A program made the position numbers and the translations under genes. A DNA stretch of 64,000 nucleotides from an uncultured Gemmatimonadaceae bacterium (GTDB lineage Bacteria; Gemmatimonadota; Gemmatimonadetes; Gemmatimonadales; Gemmatimonadaceae). The notes beneath the pieces are model-generated. The model did not search any database. It had not been told where the DNA came from and was given only the letters and a program-made list of their open reading frames with translations. Location: NCBI GenBank assembly GCA_963716745.1, contig OY970320.1, positions 2,976,001 through 3,040,000 of the forward strand, written 5' to 3'. Positions 18,637-27,304 of the stretch are shown here, in pieces; the stretch's first letter is position 1, and every line of letters starts with the position of its first letter.

Positions 18637-20504
18637 TCCTCCCTCCCTGCGGCGAGTCTGTCCAGATCGTCCGCCGCATTCTGCGCGCGGTCGAGCAACT
18701 GCGAGATCGTGTCCAAGACGTTGCCACCGCCGTGCAGCCGCAGCAAGCCGAGGCGGATCGTCTCGAGCGCGGCGACGGTCGTCCCCAGTTCGCGCTTGGC
18801 CTCGTCGCGGCGCTCGGCGAGCCGCGCGTACTCGAGCTCGCCACCGGGCGTCCGGCCGTCGCGCGCGAGCAGCGCCGACAGATTGTCGCCGTTCATCCGG
18901 ATGCTCGCGGCGCGCGCTTCGAGGCGCTTCACCACGTCGGGGATGTCGCCGAGCTGTTTGCGCTGGTCCTTTGGCAGGGTCTCGTAGAGCTCGAGCGCCG
19001 CGAGGCCCAGCGCGGCCTCGGTGGGTCGATTCAGCAGCTGCATGGGCGCCTTGCGGCCGCGCGCGAGATGCCGAGCGAGCCAGGAGCCAACTCGCGTACC
19101 CCAGAACCACTTTCGAAGCGATCCGTCGAGCATCACGCCGGCGCGGCGGCCGAGCATCGGGATGCCGAGGGCGTTGCAGAGCAGGAATCCGCTGCCCGCG
19201 GCGATGCCGACATACATGACGAGATTGTCCGAGCCGATCGGCGTGTGCTTGTACACGAGCGCATACGCGATGAGGTAGGCCAAGCCCGCGGCGAACAGCC
19301 CGAGCACACTCCACGAGGTGGCGCGCACGACCTGCATCCACCTGGGGATCTCCGACGCCGTGAATGTGAGTTCTTCGCGGCGCGCTTCGCGCCAGCGATC
19401 GAGCGCGAGGCGCAGATCGGCCACGGAATAGCCGGCGACGAGCGCTCGGCGCGTGAGGCTCAAGTGGAATCCGAGTTGCGCGAGCGCCGGCAGCATCGTG
19501 ATCGCCGTCGTGTACGCGGCGCTCACCCAGTCCTTCTTGACGATATCGCCGATCACCGAAAGCGTGCCGATCAGGATCCACACATTGAAGAACGTGCGCG
19601 CGGGATTCTGCGACTCCAGCCATACTCTGATGGGCGGTGGAACATCCAATCGTTGCATCGCGTCCGTTTCGAGCGCGGCGGCGAGCGACTTCGCGTCGGT
19701 GAAGCGCGCGGCCGGATCCTTGCGCAGGCAGCGGTCCACGGCCTGCCCGAGGAGCCGCGGCACGGCCGCGACATCGGCGAGCACCGGCGGCGGTTCGTTC
19801 AGATGTTTCGCGATGATAGCCGTGGCATTCGCGCCATCGAACGGCACGCTCGCGGTGAGTGCGTAGTACCCCACGATGCCGAGCGAATAGAGATCGCTCC
19901 GCGCATCCACCACGTCGCCGGCGCCTTGCTCGGGGCTCATGAAATGCGCGGTGCCCATGATCTTCGAGCCATCGTCGCCGCTGTCGTGCGCGCCGGAGCG
20001 CGCGATGCCGAAGTCGGTGACGAGCGCGCGGCCGCTCTCGCGCTCGAGCAGGATGTTGTCGGGCTTCACGTCGCGGTGCACCACCGCGTGATCGTGCGCA
20101 TGTCCGAGCGCCCATGCTACCTCCCGCAACAGCTTCGCCGCCGGGGCGGGGGCGAGCGGCCCATGGTCGCGCACGCGCGTGCCGAGCGTTCCGCCATCCA
20201 CGTACGTCATGACGAAGAAGACATACCCGCCGGCCTCGCCAACGCGGTGGATGGGCACGATGTTCGGATGCGAGAGATTCGCCGCCGTGCGCGCCTCGCG
20301 CAGGAATCGCGCGCGCGCATCCGGCTTCGCGGCGAGGAACGGGCTCAACACCTTGATCGCGACGAGCCGCTCCAACTGCACCTCGCGCGCGAGATACACG
20401 ACGCCCATCCCGCCGCGCCCCAGCTCGCGCTCGAGCGAATACTCCCCCGCGAGCGCCTGCTGCAACGCGACGAAGTCGCCATCCAGCGCGTAGGGATTGT
20501 TCAC
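18633..20504 (-). CDS. Membrane-associated Hanks-type Ser/Thr protein kinase
   Basis: LGRGGMGVVY, VAIKVL, VHRDVKPDNIL, DFGIA, GTAHFMSPEQ; about 4 TM segments and a helical C-terminus; GTG start estimated. Confidence 0.92.
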   Translation of the reverse strand: MNNPYALDGDFVALQQALAGEYSLERELGRGGMGVVYLAREVQLERLVAIKVLSPFLAAKPDARARFLREARTAANLSHPNIVPIHRVGEAGGYVFFVMTYVDGGTLGTRVRDHGPLAPAPAAKLLREVAWALGHAHDHAVVHRDVKPDNILLERESGRALVTDFGIARSGAHDSGDDGSKIMGTAHFMSPEQGAGDVVDARSDLYSLGIVGYYALTASVPFDGANATAIIAKHLNEPPPVLADVAAVPRLLGQAVDRCLRKDPAARFTDAKSLAAALETDAMQRLDVPPPIRVWLESQNPARTFFNVWILIGTLSVIGDIVKKDWVSAAYTTAITMLPALAQLGFHLSLTRRALVAGYSVADLRLALDRWREARREELTFTASEIPRWMQVVRATSWSVLGLFAAGLAYLIAYALVYKHTPIGSDNLVMYVGIAAGSGFLLCNALGIPMLGRRAGVMLDGSLRKWFWGTRVGSWLARHLARGRKAPMQLLNRPTEAALGLAALELYETLPKDQRKQLGDIPDVVKRLEARAASIRMNGDNLSALLARDGRTPGGELEYARLAERRDEAKRELGTTVAALETIRLGLLRLHGGGNVLDTISQLLDRAQNAADDLDRLAAGREE

Positions 20505-20523
20505 GAAGCGGTAGTTGTAGTTA

Positions 20524-20551
20524 CGATGCCCGATGAACGATGCCCGATGAA
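20524..20551. repeat. Family G heptamer array, intergenic
   Basis: cgatgcc cgatgaa cgatgcc cgatgaa. Confidence 0.75.
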
Positions 20552-20557
20552 CGGCAC

Positions 20558-21661
20558 CTATGCAGCAAGTACGGGCAATCCCTTCCGCGAGTTCCGCCCG
20601 CTCTCGATGATCCCGCCACCGAGCATCCGCGTGTCGTCGTAGACCACGATGGACTGCCCCGGGCTGATCGCGCTCACCGGCTCGTCGAGCGCCAGTTCGA
20701 TCTCGGCTCCCTCCGCCCGAACCAACTCGGCCGCCGCCGGCGCCGCGTGATGCCGGATCTGGACGTGCACTCTCGCGCCGACGGCCGGCGCGTCGGCGAG
20801 CCAATTCACCTCGCGCGCGATCACGCCATGGCCGAGCAGTTCCTCGCGAGGCCCGATCACCACGGCGCGCTCCGCCGGCCGGATCGCCACTACGAACATC
20901 GGCTCGGCGTTTCCGCCGGGCACGCCCTTCCGCTGGCCGATGGTGAAACGCGCATAGCCGCGATGCTCACCGACCACGCGGCCGTCGCTGGTCACGAAGG
21001 GGCCTGGCAGGAGCGACGGTGTATTCGCGCCGAGCTCGCGTGCGATCACCTTCGCGTGATCGCCGTCGGGCACGAAGCAGATGTCCTGGCTTTCCGGCTT
21101 CTCGCTCACCACCGACAGCCCGAGCGCGCGGGCGCGGGCGCGCGTCTCGTCCTTGCTCAGGTCGCCTACCGGCAGCAGCATGCGCGACACGACGGCGCGG
21201 TCGATCCCCCACAGGAAATAGCTCTGGTCCTTCCGGTGATCGCGCCCACGGTGCAGTTCGCCGTTCATCGCTCGCGCATAGTGGCCGGTGGCGATCCAGC
21301 GCGCATCGAGCGCATCGGCCTTGTGCACGAGATCGCGGAACTTCGTAAAGGTGTTGCAGCGCACGCACGGGATGGGAGTGCGGCCCGCGTCGTACTCCTG
21401 CACGAAGTCGCGCACCACGTCGCGGCTGAACGCCGTCTCGAGATTGAGCACATAGTGCGGCACGCCCACGCGCTCGCACACGCGGCGCGCGTCGTCGATC
21501 GAGTCGAGCGAGCAGCACGGGCGGTCGGGAACATCCTCGCCGTAACAGAAGAGCTTCATGGTCACGCCGATCACGTCGTAGCCCTGCTCGGCGAGCACGG
21601 CGGCTGCCACCGAACTATCGACGCCGCCGCTCATCGCGACCAGCACCCGCTCGCGCGGCAT
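20558..21661 (-). CDS. mnmA: tRNA 2-thiouridine(34) synthase
   Basis: VAMSGGVDSSV, GRTPIPCVRCN..KF, ATGHYA, KDQSYFL, ESQDICF, TIGQRKG, PGQ. Confidence 0.96.
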   Translation of the reverse strand: MPRERVLVAMSGGVDSSVAAAVLAEQGYDVIGVTMKLFCYGEDVPDRPCCSLDSIDDARRVCERVGVPHYVLNLETAFSRDVVRDFVQEYDAGRTPIPCVRCNTFTKFRDLVHKADALDARWIATGHYARAMNGELHRGRDHRKDQSYFLWGIDRAVVSRMLLPVGDLSKDETRARARALGLSVVSEKPESQDICFVPDGDHAKVIARELGANTPSLLPGPFVTSDGRVVGEHRGYARFTIGQRKGVPGGNAEPMFVVAIRPAERAVVIGPREELLGHGVIAREVNWLADAPAVGARVHVQIRHHAAPAAAELVRAEGAEIELALDEPVSAISPGQSIVVYDDTRMLGGGIIESGRNSRKGLPVLAA

Positions 21662-21663
21662 GA

Positions 21664-22827
21664 TCAGTTCGCGGCGCCCGCGAGGCGGCGTGCCTTGGCG
21701 ACCAGCTTGGGGAAGACCTGCGCCACGCGGTCGAGCTGCTCCGCCGTGGTGAGCGAGCCGAGGCTCATGCGGATCGCGGCGACCGCGACGTCGCGCGGCG
21801 ATCCGATCGCGCACAGCACGTGCGACGGATCGACGCTCCCGCTCTGGCACGCCGAGCCCGAGGAGCAGGCGATGCCGGAGAGGTCGAGCGCCATGAGGAG
21901 CGATTCGCTGTCGGTGCCGGGCACCGAGATGCTCAGGATGTGCGCGGCGCGCGGCGCGCCGGCGGCGTGCACCACCGCGTCGGGAATGTTGGCGAGCAAC
22001 GCCGCCTGCAGCTTGTCGCGCAGGGCGGAGAGGCGCGCATGCTCGGCGTCCATCTCCGCGATCGCGAGCTCGGCAGCGCGCGCGAAGCCCACGGCGGCGG
22101 CGACGTTCTCCGTGCCGGGGCGCTGGCCGCGATTCTGCGCGCCGCCATGCTGCAGCGGCTCGAGCGGCGAGCCGCGCCGGATGAAGAGCGCACCGATTCC
22201 CTTGGGCGCGCCGATCTTGTGGCCGGAACAGGCGAAGTAATCAAAAGGCTGCGTCTTCGCATCGACGCGTACTTTGCCGAACGCCTGCACGCCATCGGTG
22301 TGGAAGAGCGCACCGCGCGCGCGGGCCGCGGCGGCGAGCGCGGGGATGTCCTGGATCGTGCCGATCTCGTTGTTCACCCACATCACCGAGACGATGGCGA
22401 CATCATCGCCTATCGCGGCGTCGTACGACTTCCGGAGTACGATGCCGTTCGCGTCGACGCTGACGATGCGTTCCTCGCCGCCTTCGGCCGCCACGTGATG
22501 CACCGCCGCAAGCACCGCCTTGTGCTCGATGGGCGTGGTGACCGCCGCGCGCTTGCCCTTGGACTTGAGCGCACGGAAGGCGCCGAGGATCGCGAGGTTA
22601 TCGCCTTCCGTGCCGCCGGAGGTAAACGCTATCTCGTCGGAGGTGGCGCCGATGCACTTCGCGACGCGCTCGCGCGCCTCATCGAGCGCGGCGCGCGCTT
22701 CGCGCCCCCAGCGGTGGGTGCTGCTCGGATTCCCGAAGCGGGGGCCGTAGAACGGCTCCATGGCTTCGCGGACTTCCGCGCGGACGGGGGTGGTGGCGGC
22801 GTGATCGAGGTAGATAGGCTCCAGCAT
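21664..22827 (-). CDS. iscS: Cysteine desulfurase (IscS/NifS family)
   Basis: YLDHAATTP, GNPSS, FTSGGTEGDN, NNEIGTIQ, SGHKIGAPKG, SSGSAC; upstream of mnmA. Confidence 0.92.
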   Translation of the reverse strand: MLEPIYLDHAATTPVRAEVREAMEPFYGPRFGNPSSTHRWGREARAALDEARERVAKCIGATSDEIAFTSGGTEGDNLAILGAFRALKSKGKRAAVTTPIEHKAVLAAVHHVAAEGGEERIVSVDANGIVLRKSYDAAIGDDVAIVSVMWVNNEIGTIQDIPALAAAARARGALFHTDGVQAFGKVRVDAKTQPFDYFACSGHKIGAPKGIGALFIRRGSPLEPLQHGGAQNRGQRPGTENVAAAVGFARAAELAIAEMDAEHARLSALRDKLQAALLANIPDAVVHAAGAPRAAHILSISVPGTDSESLLMALDLSGIACSSGSACQSGSVDPSHVLCAIGSPRDVAVAAIRMSLGSLTTAEQLDRVAQVFPKLVAKARRLAGAAN

Positions 22828-22859
22828 GGTTCAAATATACTCTCGAATGGACGTTCCTT

Positions 22860-23001
22860 GAACCGCTGACGGCGGGGTTGGTACCGCCGGGAGCGTGTGT
22901 GGCGTTGGCGTTGGGAACCAGCCAACTCTACCTAGGCCGCGGCTCCCAACGCCACCGCCACACACGCCTTCAGCGGTACCAACCCCGCCGCCCGCGGTAC
23001 G
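22860..23001. repeat. Family B palindromic element, copy 2
   Basis: gaaccgctgacggcggggttggtaccgc...ggcgttggcgttggga ... tcccaacgccaccgcca...cagcggtaccaaccccgccgcccgcggtacg. Confidence 0.9.
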
Positions 23002-23012
23002 AGTCCCGCCGT

Positions 23013-24286
23013 TCATTGCTTGTACACCACCCCGTCCTTCATGACGAAGCTTCACATTTTCCATCACCGTGATATCCGCCAACGGATCGCCGCGATACCG
23101 CAATGATATCCGCGTATTTCCCGGCCTTGATCGATCCGATCTTCGCCGATTGCCCGAGCAGATCCGCGGCACCTACCGTCGCCGCTTGCAGCGAGGCCAG
23201 CGGCGTCATGCCGAACTTCACCATGTAGGAGAATTCCTTCGCGTTCGTGCCGAAGGGGCACACGGAGATATCGGTGCCGAAGGCGATCTTCACGCCCTCC
23301 TTCACCGCGCGCTTGAAATTGTCGATGGCGATCTGATTCAGCCGGTCGGAATGCTCGAGGAAATCCGCGGGATAGCCGGCGGCGGAGTCGATGCAGCCGA
23401 TGGTCTCGAGCGTCGGCACGAGGTAGGTGCCGTGCTGCTTCATGAGCTGGATGCCTTCTTCGTCCAGATAGCTCCCGTGCTCGATCGAATTCACGCCGGC
23501 GCGCACCGCCGCCTTGATGCCGGCGGCGTTGTGCGCATGCGCCGCGACGCGGAGCCCGAAATTGTGCGCCTCGTCCACGGCGGCGACGAGCTCCTCGTCG
23601 GTGAACTCGCGCGCGTTCGCGTTGCTGTTGTGCGTGAGCACGGCGCCGGTGGAGAGCACTTTGATGAGATCCACACCCTGGCCCGCGAGCATGCGCACCC
23701 GCTGTCGCACCTCCCACGGACTGTTGGCCTCGCCGTAGTGCAGATCCCATGGGAGCCCGATGTCCGCCGCCATGCCGGTGACCGCGCCCGCGCCGCCCGT
23801 GATCGTGATGTACGCGCCCGCGACGAACATCCGCGGCCCGGGGATGTCCCCGCGATTGATCGCATCGCGCATTGCGACATCGACCAGCGCACGGTACGTG
23901 CCCACGTCGCGCACGGTGGTGAAGCCCGCCATGAGCACGATCCGCGGATTGGGGATCGAGCGGAACGCTTCCTCGGCGGCAGTGCGCCGGAGTTCATCGA
24001 GCGGCTCGGGATCGTTCGCCGGGCCCACCAGATGCGTATGCATGTCGAGCAGGCCGGGGAGCACGGTCATCGCCGAGAGATCGATGACCTTCGCGTCCTT
24101 CGGGATCGCGACCGACGGGCCGACCTCGGCGATCATCCCATTCTTCACGAGGATGATCTGGTTCGAGAGCATCTTGCCGGCATCGGCGTCGAAAAACTTT
24201 CCGGCTTTGATGGCGGTCGTCTGGGACGCGAGCGACGATCCCGCGACCACGAGCGCCGCGGTGGCGCATCGAATGGAGAGTCTCAT
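23013..24286 (-). CDS. Secreted metal-dependent amidohydrolase (Xaa-Pro dipeptidase-like), paralog 2; two apparent +1 frameshifts near the 3' end
   Basis: PGLLDMHTHL, GFTTVRDVG, IKV, AAHAH, SIEHG, FGTD; the tail GDPLADITVMENVK-FVMKDGVVYKQ* is recovered by removing single bases near 23095 and 23050. Confidence 0.88.
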
Positions 24287-24288
24287 GG

Positions 24289-25563
24289 CTACTCCGACTT
24301 GTAAACGACGCCGTTCTTCATCACGAAATTGACATGCGCCATGAGGGAGATGTCCTTGATCGGGTCCCCCTTCACGGCCACGATGTCGGCGTATTTTCCC
24401 GCCTTGATGGAGCCGAGCATCTTGGATTGTCCCAGGAGATCGGCGGCGGAAACGGTGGCCGCCTGGAGCGCCTGCATCGGCGTCATCCCGTACTTCACCA
24501 TGAGTTCGAATTCGCGGCCGGGATAGCGGAAGCCGCACACGGCGTTGTCGGTGCCGTACGCGATCTTTACGCCGGCTTTCACCGCCTTCGTGAAGCTCGC
24601 CATGTGGATCGCGGCGACGCTGTCGTGCATCAGGAAATCCTTGGGCAGATTGGGATTCACCTGGATACAGCTGTGCACCTCGAGCGTGGGCACGAGGTAC
24701 GTGCCTTTCTCCTTCATCATCGCGATCACTTCGTCGTCCAGGAAACTGCCGTGCTCGATGGACGCGACACCCGCGCGCACCGCGTTCTTGATCCCGTTCA
24801 CGTTGTGCCCGTGCGCCGCGACTCTGAGTCCGAAGTTGTTCGCCTCGTCCACGATCGCGGCGAGTTCCTCATAGGTGAATTCGCGCGCGAGATGATTGCT
24901 GTTGTGCGTGAGGATGGCGCCGGTGACGAGTACCTTGATCACGTTCACGTTCTGGCCCGCGAGCAGCCGCACTTTCTGGCGTCCCTCCCATGGGCTGTTC
25001 GCCTCGCCGAACTTGAGGTCCCACGGCAGCGTGATGTCAGGCGCCAATCCGGTCATTGCGCCGGCGCCGCCGGTAATCGTGATGTACGCGCCCGCGACGA
25101 ACATGCGCGGACCCGGGAAGATCCCCGCCGCGATCGCGTCGCGCATCGCGACATCGACGAGCGCGCGGTACGTGCCCACATCGCGTACGGTGGTGAATCC
25201 CTCGAAGAGCACCGTCTTCGCGTTGGGGATCGAGACGTATGCCTCCTGCGCTGCCGTGCGCTCCAGCTCGTGCAGCGGCTCGGGGTCGGTGGTCCACGGC
25301 GCGATAAGGTGGCTGTGCATGTCGAACAGCCCGGGCATCACGGTCATGCCGGAGAGATCGACGACGGTCGCATCCTTGGGGATCGTGAGGGACGGACCGA
25401 CGGCCTGGATCAGACCATCCTTGATCAGGATGATCTGATTCGAGAGAACAGTGCCGGCGTCGGCATCGATGAATTTTCCGGCCTTGATGGCGGTGACTTG
25501 GGCGCTGAGTGATGCGACTGAGATCGTCGTGGCAGCGAGGGCATAGCGGAACGCGCGGATCAT
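24289..25563 (-). CDS. Secreted metal-dependent amidohydrolase, paralog 1
   Basis: Signal peptide LSA-Q; PGLFDMHSHL, GFTTVRDVG, AAHGH, SIEHG, YGTD, FVMKNGVVYK. Confidence 0.9.
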   Translation of the reverse strand: MIRAFRYALAATTISVASLSAQVTAIKAGKFIDADAGTVLSNQIILIKDGLIQAVGPSLTIPKDATVVDLSGMTVMPGLFDMHSHLIAPWTTDPEPLHELERTAAQEAYVSIPNAKTVLFEGFTTVRDVGTYRALVDVAMRDAIAAGIFPGPRMFVAGAYITITGGAGAMTGLAPDITLPWDLKFGEANSPWEGRQKVRLLAGQNVNVIKVLVTGAILTHNSNHLAREFTYEELAAIVDEANNFGLRVAAHGHNVNGIKNAVRAGVASIEHGSFLDDEVIAMMKEKGTYLVPTLEVHSCIQVNPNLPKDFLMHDSVAAIHMASFTKAVKAGVKIAYGTDNAVCGFRYPGREFELMVKYGMTPMQALQAATVSAADLLGQSKMLGSIKAGKYADIVAVKGDPIKDISLMAHVNFVMKNGVVYKSE

Positions 25564-25592
25564 CGAGTGATCTCCGATAAGAGGCGGGATTG

Positions 25593-25732
25593 GAACCGCG
25601 AAGAGCGGGGCTGGTACCGCCGACGGCGTCTGTGGCGTTGGCGTTGGGCACTGCGAGTTCCAGGGAAGCCGCAGTGCCCAACGCCAACGCCATCGCGCCG
25701 TCAGCGGTACCAACCCCGCCGTCAGCGGTACG
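25593..25732. repeat. Family B palindromic element, copy 3
   Basis: gaaccgcgaagagcggggctggtaccgccgacggcg...ggcgttggcgttgggcactgcg ... cgcagtgcccaacgccaacgcc...gtcagcggtaccaaccccgccgtcagcggtacg. Confidence 0.9.
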
Positions 25733-25735
25733 CTG

Positions 25736-27304
25736 TTACTGCGTGCACCGAAACTGCACCGCCATCCTCGCCCCGTCGAGATGCACCGGATCTCCCAGCT
25801 TCACGGGACTCGCCGCGTTCGCGCGGATCGCGGCGATCGCGGCGCCCGCTTCGTCCAGCGTGTCGATCACCACCATCCACCCGGCGCCCGCCGCGCAGGC
25901 GCTCATCGTCACCCGTTCCTCGGCCGATCGCAGTGCGGGAGCGCCGCGCGTTTCGCGCAGATCGGGGGAGAGCAGGGGCGCCGCCTTCAATCCTGTGGCC
26001 TGCGCCACAAGTGGATCATCGGCGGTGAGGATCACGGCGTCCCGCGGCAATGTGGCGGCCCACGTCACCACCGGCGCGTACGCCTCGGCCTCGTGGCGCT
26101 GCGGCACGATCCAGCCGTCGTTGCGGTAGCCGCGAATGTTGAGGCGCGCGCAGGTCGCCACGGGCAGGAGCAGCAACACTGCGGCGATCGCGGCGCGCGG
26201 GACTTTCGCGACATAGCGTTCCGGCACGAGCGCCGCGAGCGTACACGCGCCGCCCACCAGCAGGATCATCAGGAGCGGCAGGATCCCCCAGAGGAACCGG
26301 TCCGGGCTGATGGGCCAAATGAGCACTACGGCCAGGTAGCCCGTCGTTCCGAACAGGGCCACGGAACGCCAACCGCGCACGTGCCAGAGTCCCGCCGCCG
26401 TCGCGAGCAGCGCCAGCACCATGCCCGGAGCGCTCCACGCCTGGCGTCCCACGCGCAAGAGTCCGCTCACTTGGTGACCCATGAGCGCGAACAATTCGCC
26501 GATGCCGTTCACGCTCTCGCGCCACATGCCGCCGTAGCTGCCGTAGCTCCCCGTCCACGCCGCGGGGATCTCGTGCGCGTGCTGGCGCGTGAACGCCACC
26601 CACGCGAGCGTGGGGATGAGCATGAACGCCGCGAGCATCGCCTCGCGCTGGCGCACTGCGACTGGTTTTCCCGGCTCCGTCGCCATGCGCCACGCGACGG
26701 CGAGCGTTACCGGCAGCAGGATCGTGCGAGCGAGGGGCAAGAGCGCCGCGATCACCGCCGCGCCGATCGCTCGGCTCCGCGACGGTGGCGCGGCATCATC
26801 GGGCGCATCGGCGAGATCGAACGTCAGCCCCAGCAACAGCCACGAGAGCGGCTCGGAGAAGAGCGTGCCCGTCACGGCGCGCGCCGGCACCATGAGCACG
26901 GCGGCCGCAGCCAGGAGCGGCGCGCCCCATCCGAGCGAGAAGCGCCGCGCGCCCCAGCGTCCCCACGCCACGACGCTCGCCGCCGCGAGCAAGGCATTGC
27001 CGGCCTTCAGCCAAGCGATCGACCCCAACGCGGCCACCGGCGGCCGCAGGAGGCTCCACAGCGCGAGCCACGCTGGGTAGAGCGGAGGATAGTGCACCCC
27101 CGCCGGCGCGCCCGGGAGCGCGGTGTGATGGTAGCCCGCCCCGGCGAGCAGACTCTTCGCGAGATCGGCATAGATCCCGTCGTCGTAGAACACGCCCACC
27201 GGCATCGCGTCGCCGCGCGTGAGCGCGAGCACCGCCAGCGTGGCGAGCGCCGCCGCCCAGGGCGCGGCGGCGCTCAGCCGGTGTGCGGACGCGCCGCGCG
27301 TCAC
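25736..27304 (-). CDS. Polytopic membrane protein, probable GT-C fold glycosyltransferase
   Basis: TM1 followed by 'FYDDGIYADLAKSL..G.GY', 'HYPPLYP', 'FSEP', 'RFLWGILP', as in ArnT/PMT-like enzymes. Confidence 0.6.
   Translation of the reverse strand: MTRGASAHRLSAAAPWAAALATLAVLALTRGDAMPVGVFYDDGIYADLAKSLLAGAGYHHTALPGAPAGVHYPPLYPAWLALWSLLRPPVAALGSIAWLKAGNALLAAASVVAWGRWGARRFSLGWGAPLLAAAAVLMVPARAVTGTLFSEPLSWLLLGLTFDLADAPDDAAPPSRSRAIGAAVIAALLPLARTILLPVTLAVAWRMATEPGKPVAVRQREAMLAAFMLIPTLAWVAFTRQHAHEIPAAWTGSYGSYGGMWRESVNGIGELFALMGHQVSGLLRVGRQAWSAPGMVLALLATAAGLWHVRGWRSVALFGTTGYLAVVLIWPISPDRFLWGILPLLMILLVGGACTLAALVPERYVAKVPRAAIAAVLLLLPVATCARLNIRGYRNDGWIVPQRHEAEAYAPVVTWAATLPRDAVILTADDPLVAQATGLKAAPLLSPDLRETRGAPALRSAEERVTMSACAAGAGWMVVIDTLDEAGAAIAAIRANAASPVKLGDPVHLDGARMAVQFRCTQ

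Noticed and set aside
17341..20115. 924-aa ORF as a single fusion protein (also the long ORFs 55000..56670, 55794..57821, 60898..63018 and 32817..35300)
   Set aside because: The N-terminal parts are off-frame read-through of neighbouring genes in stop-poor GC-rich DNA, or arise from a frameshift; real starts lie downstream.
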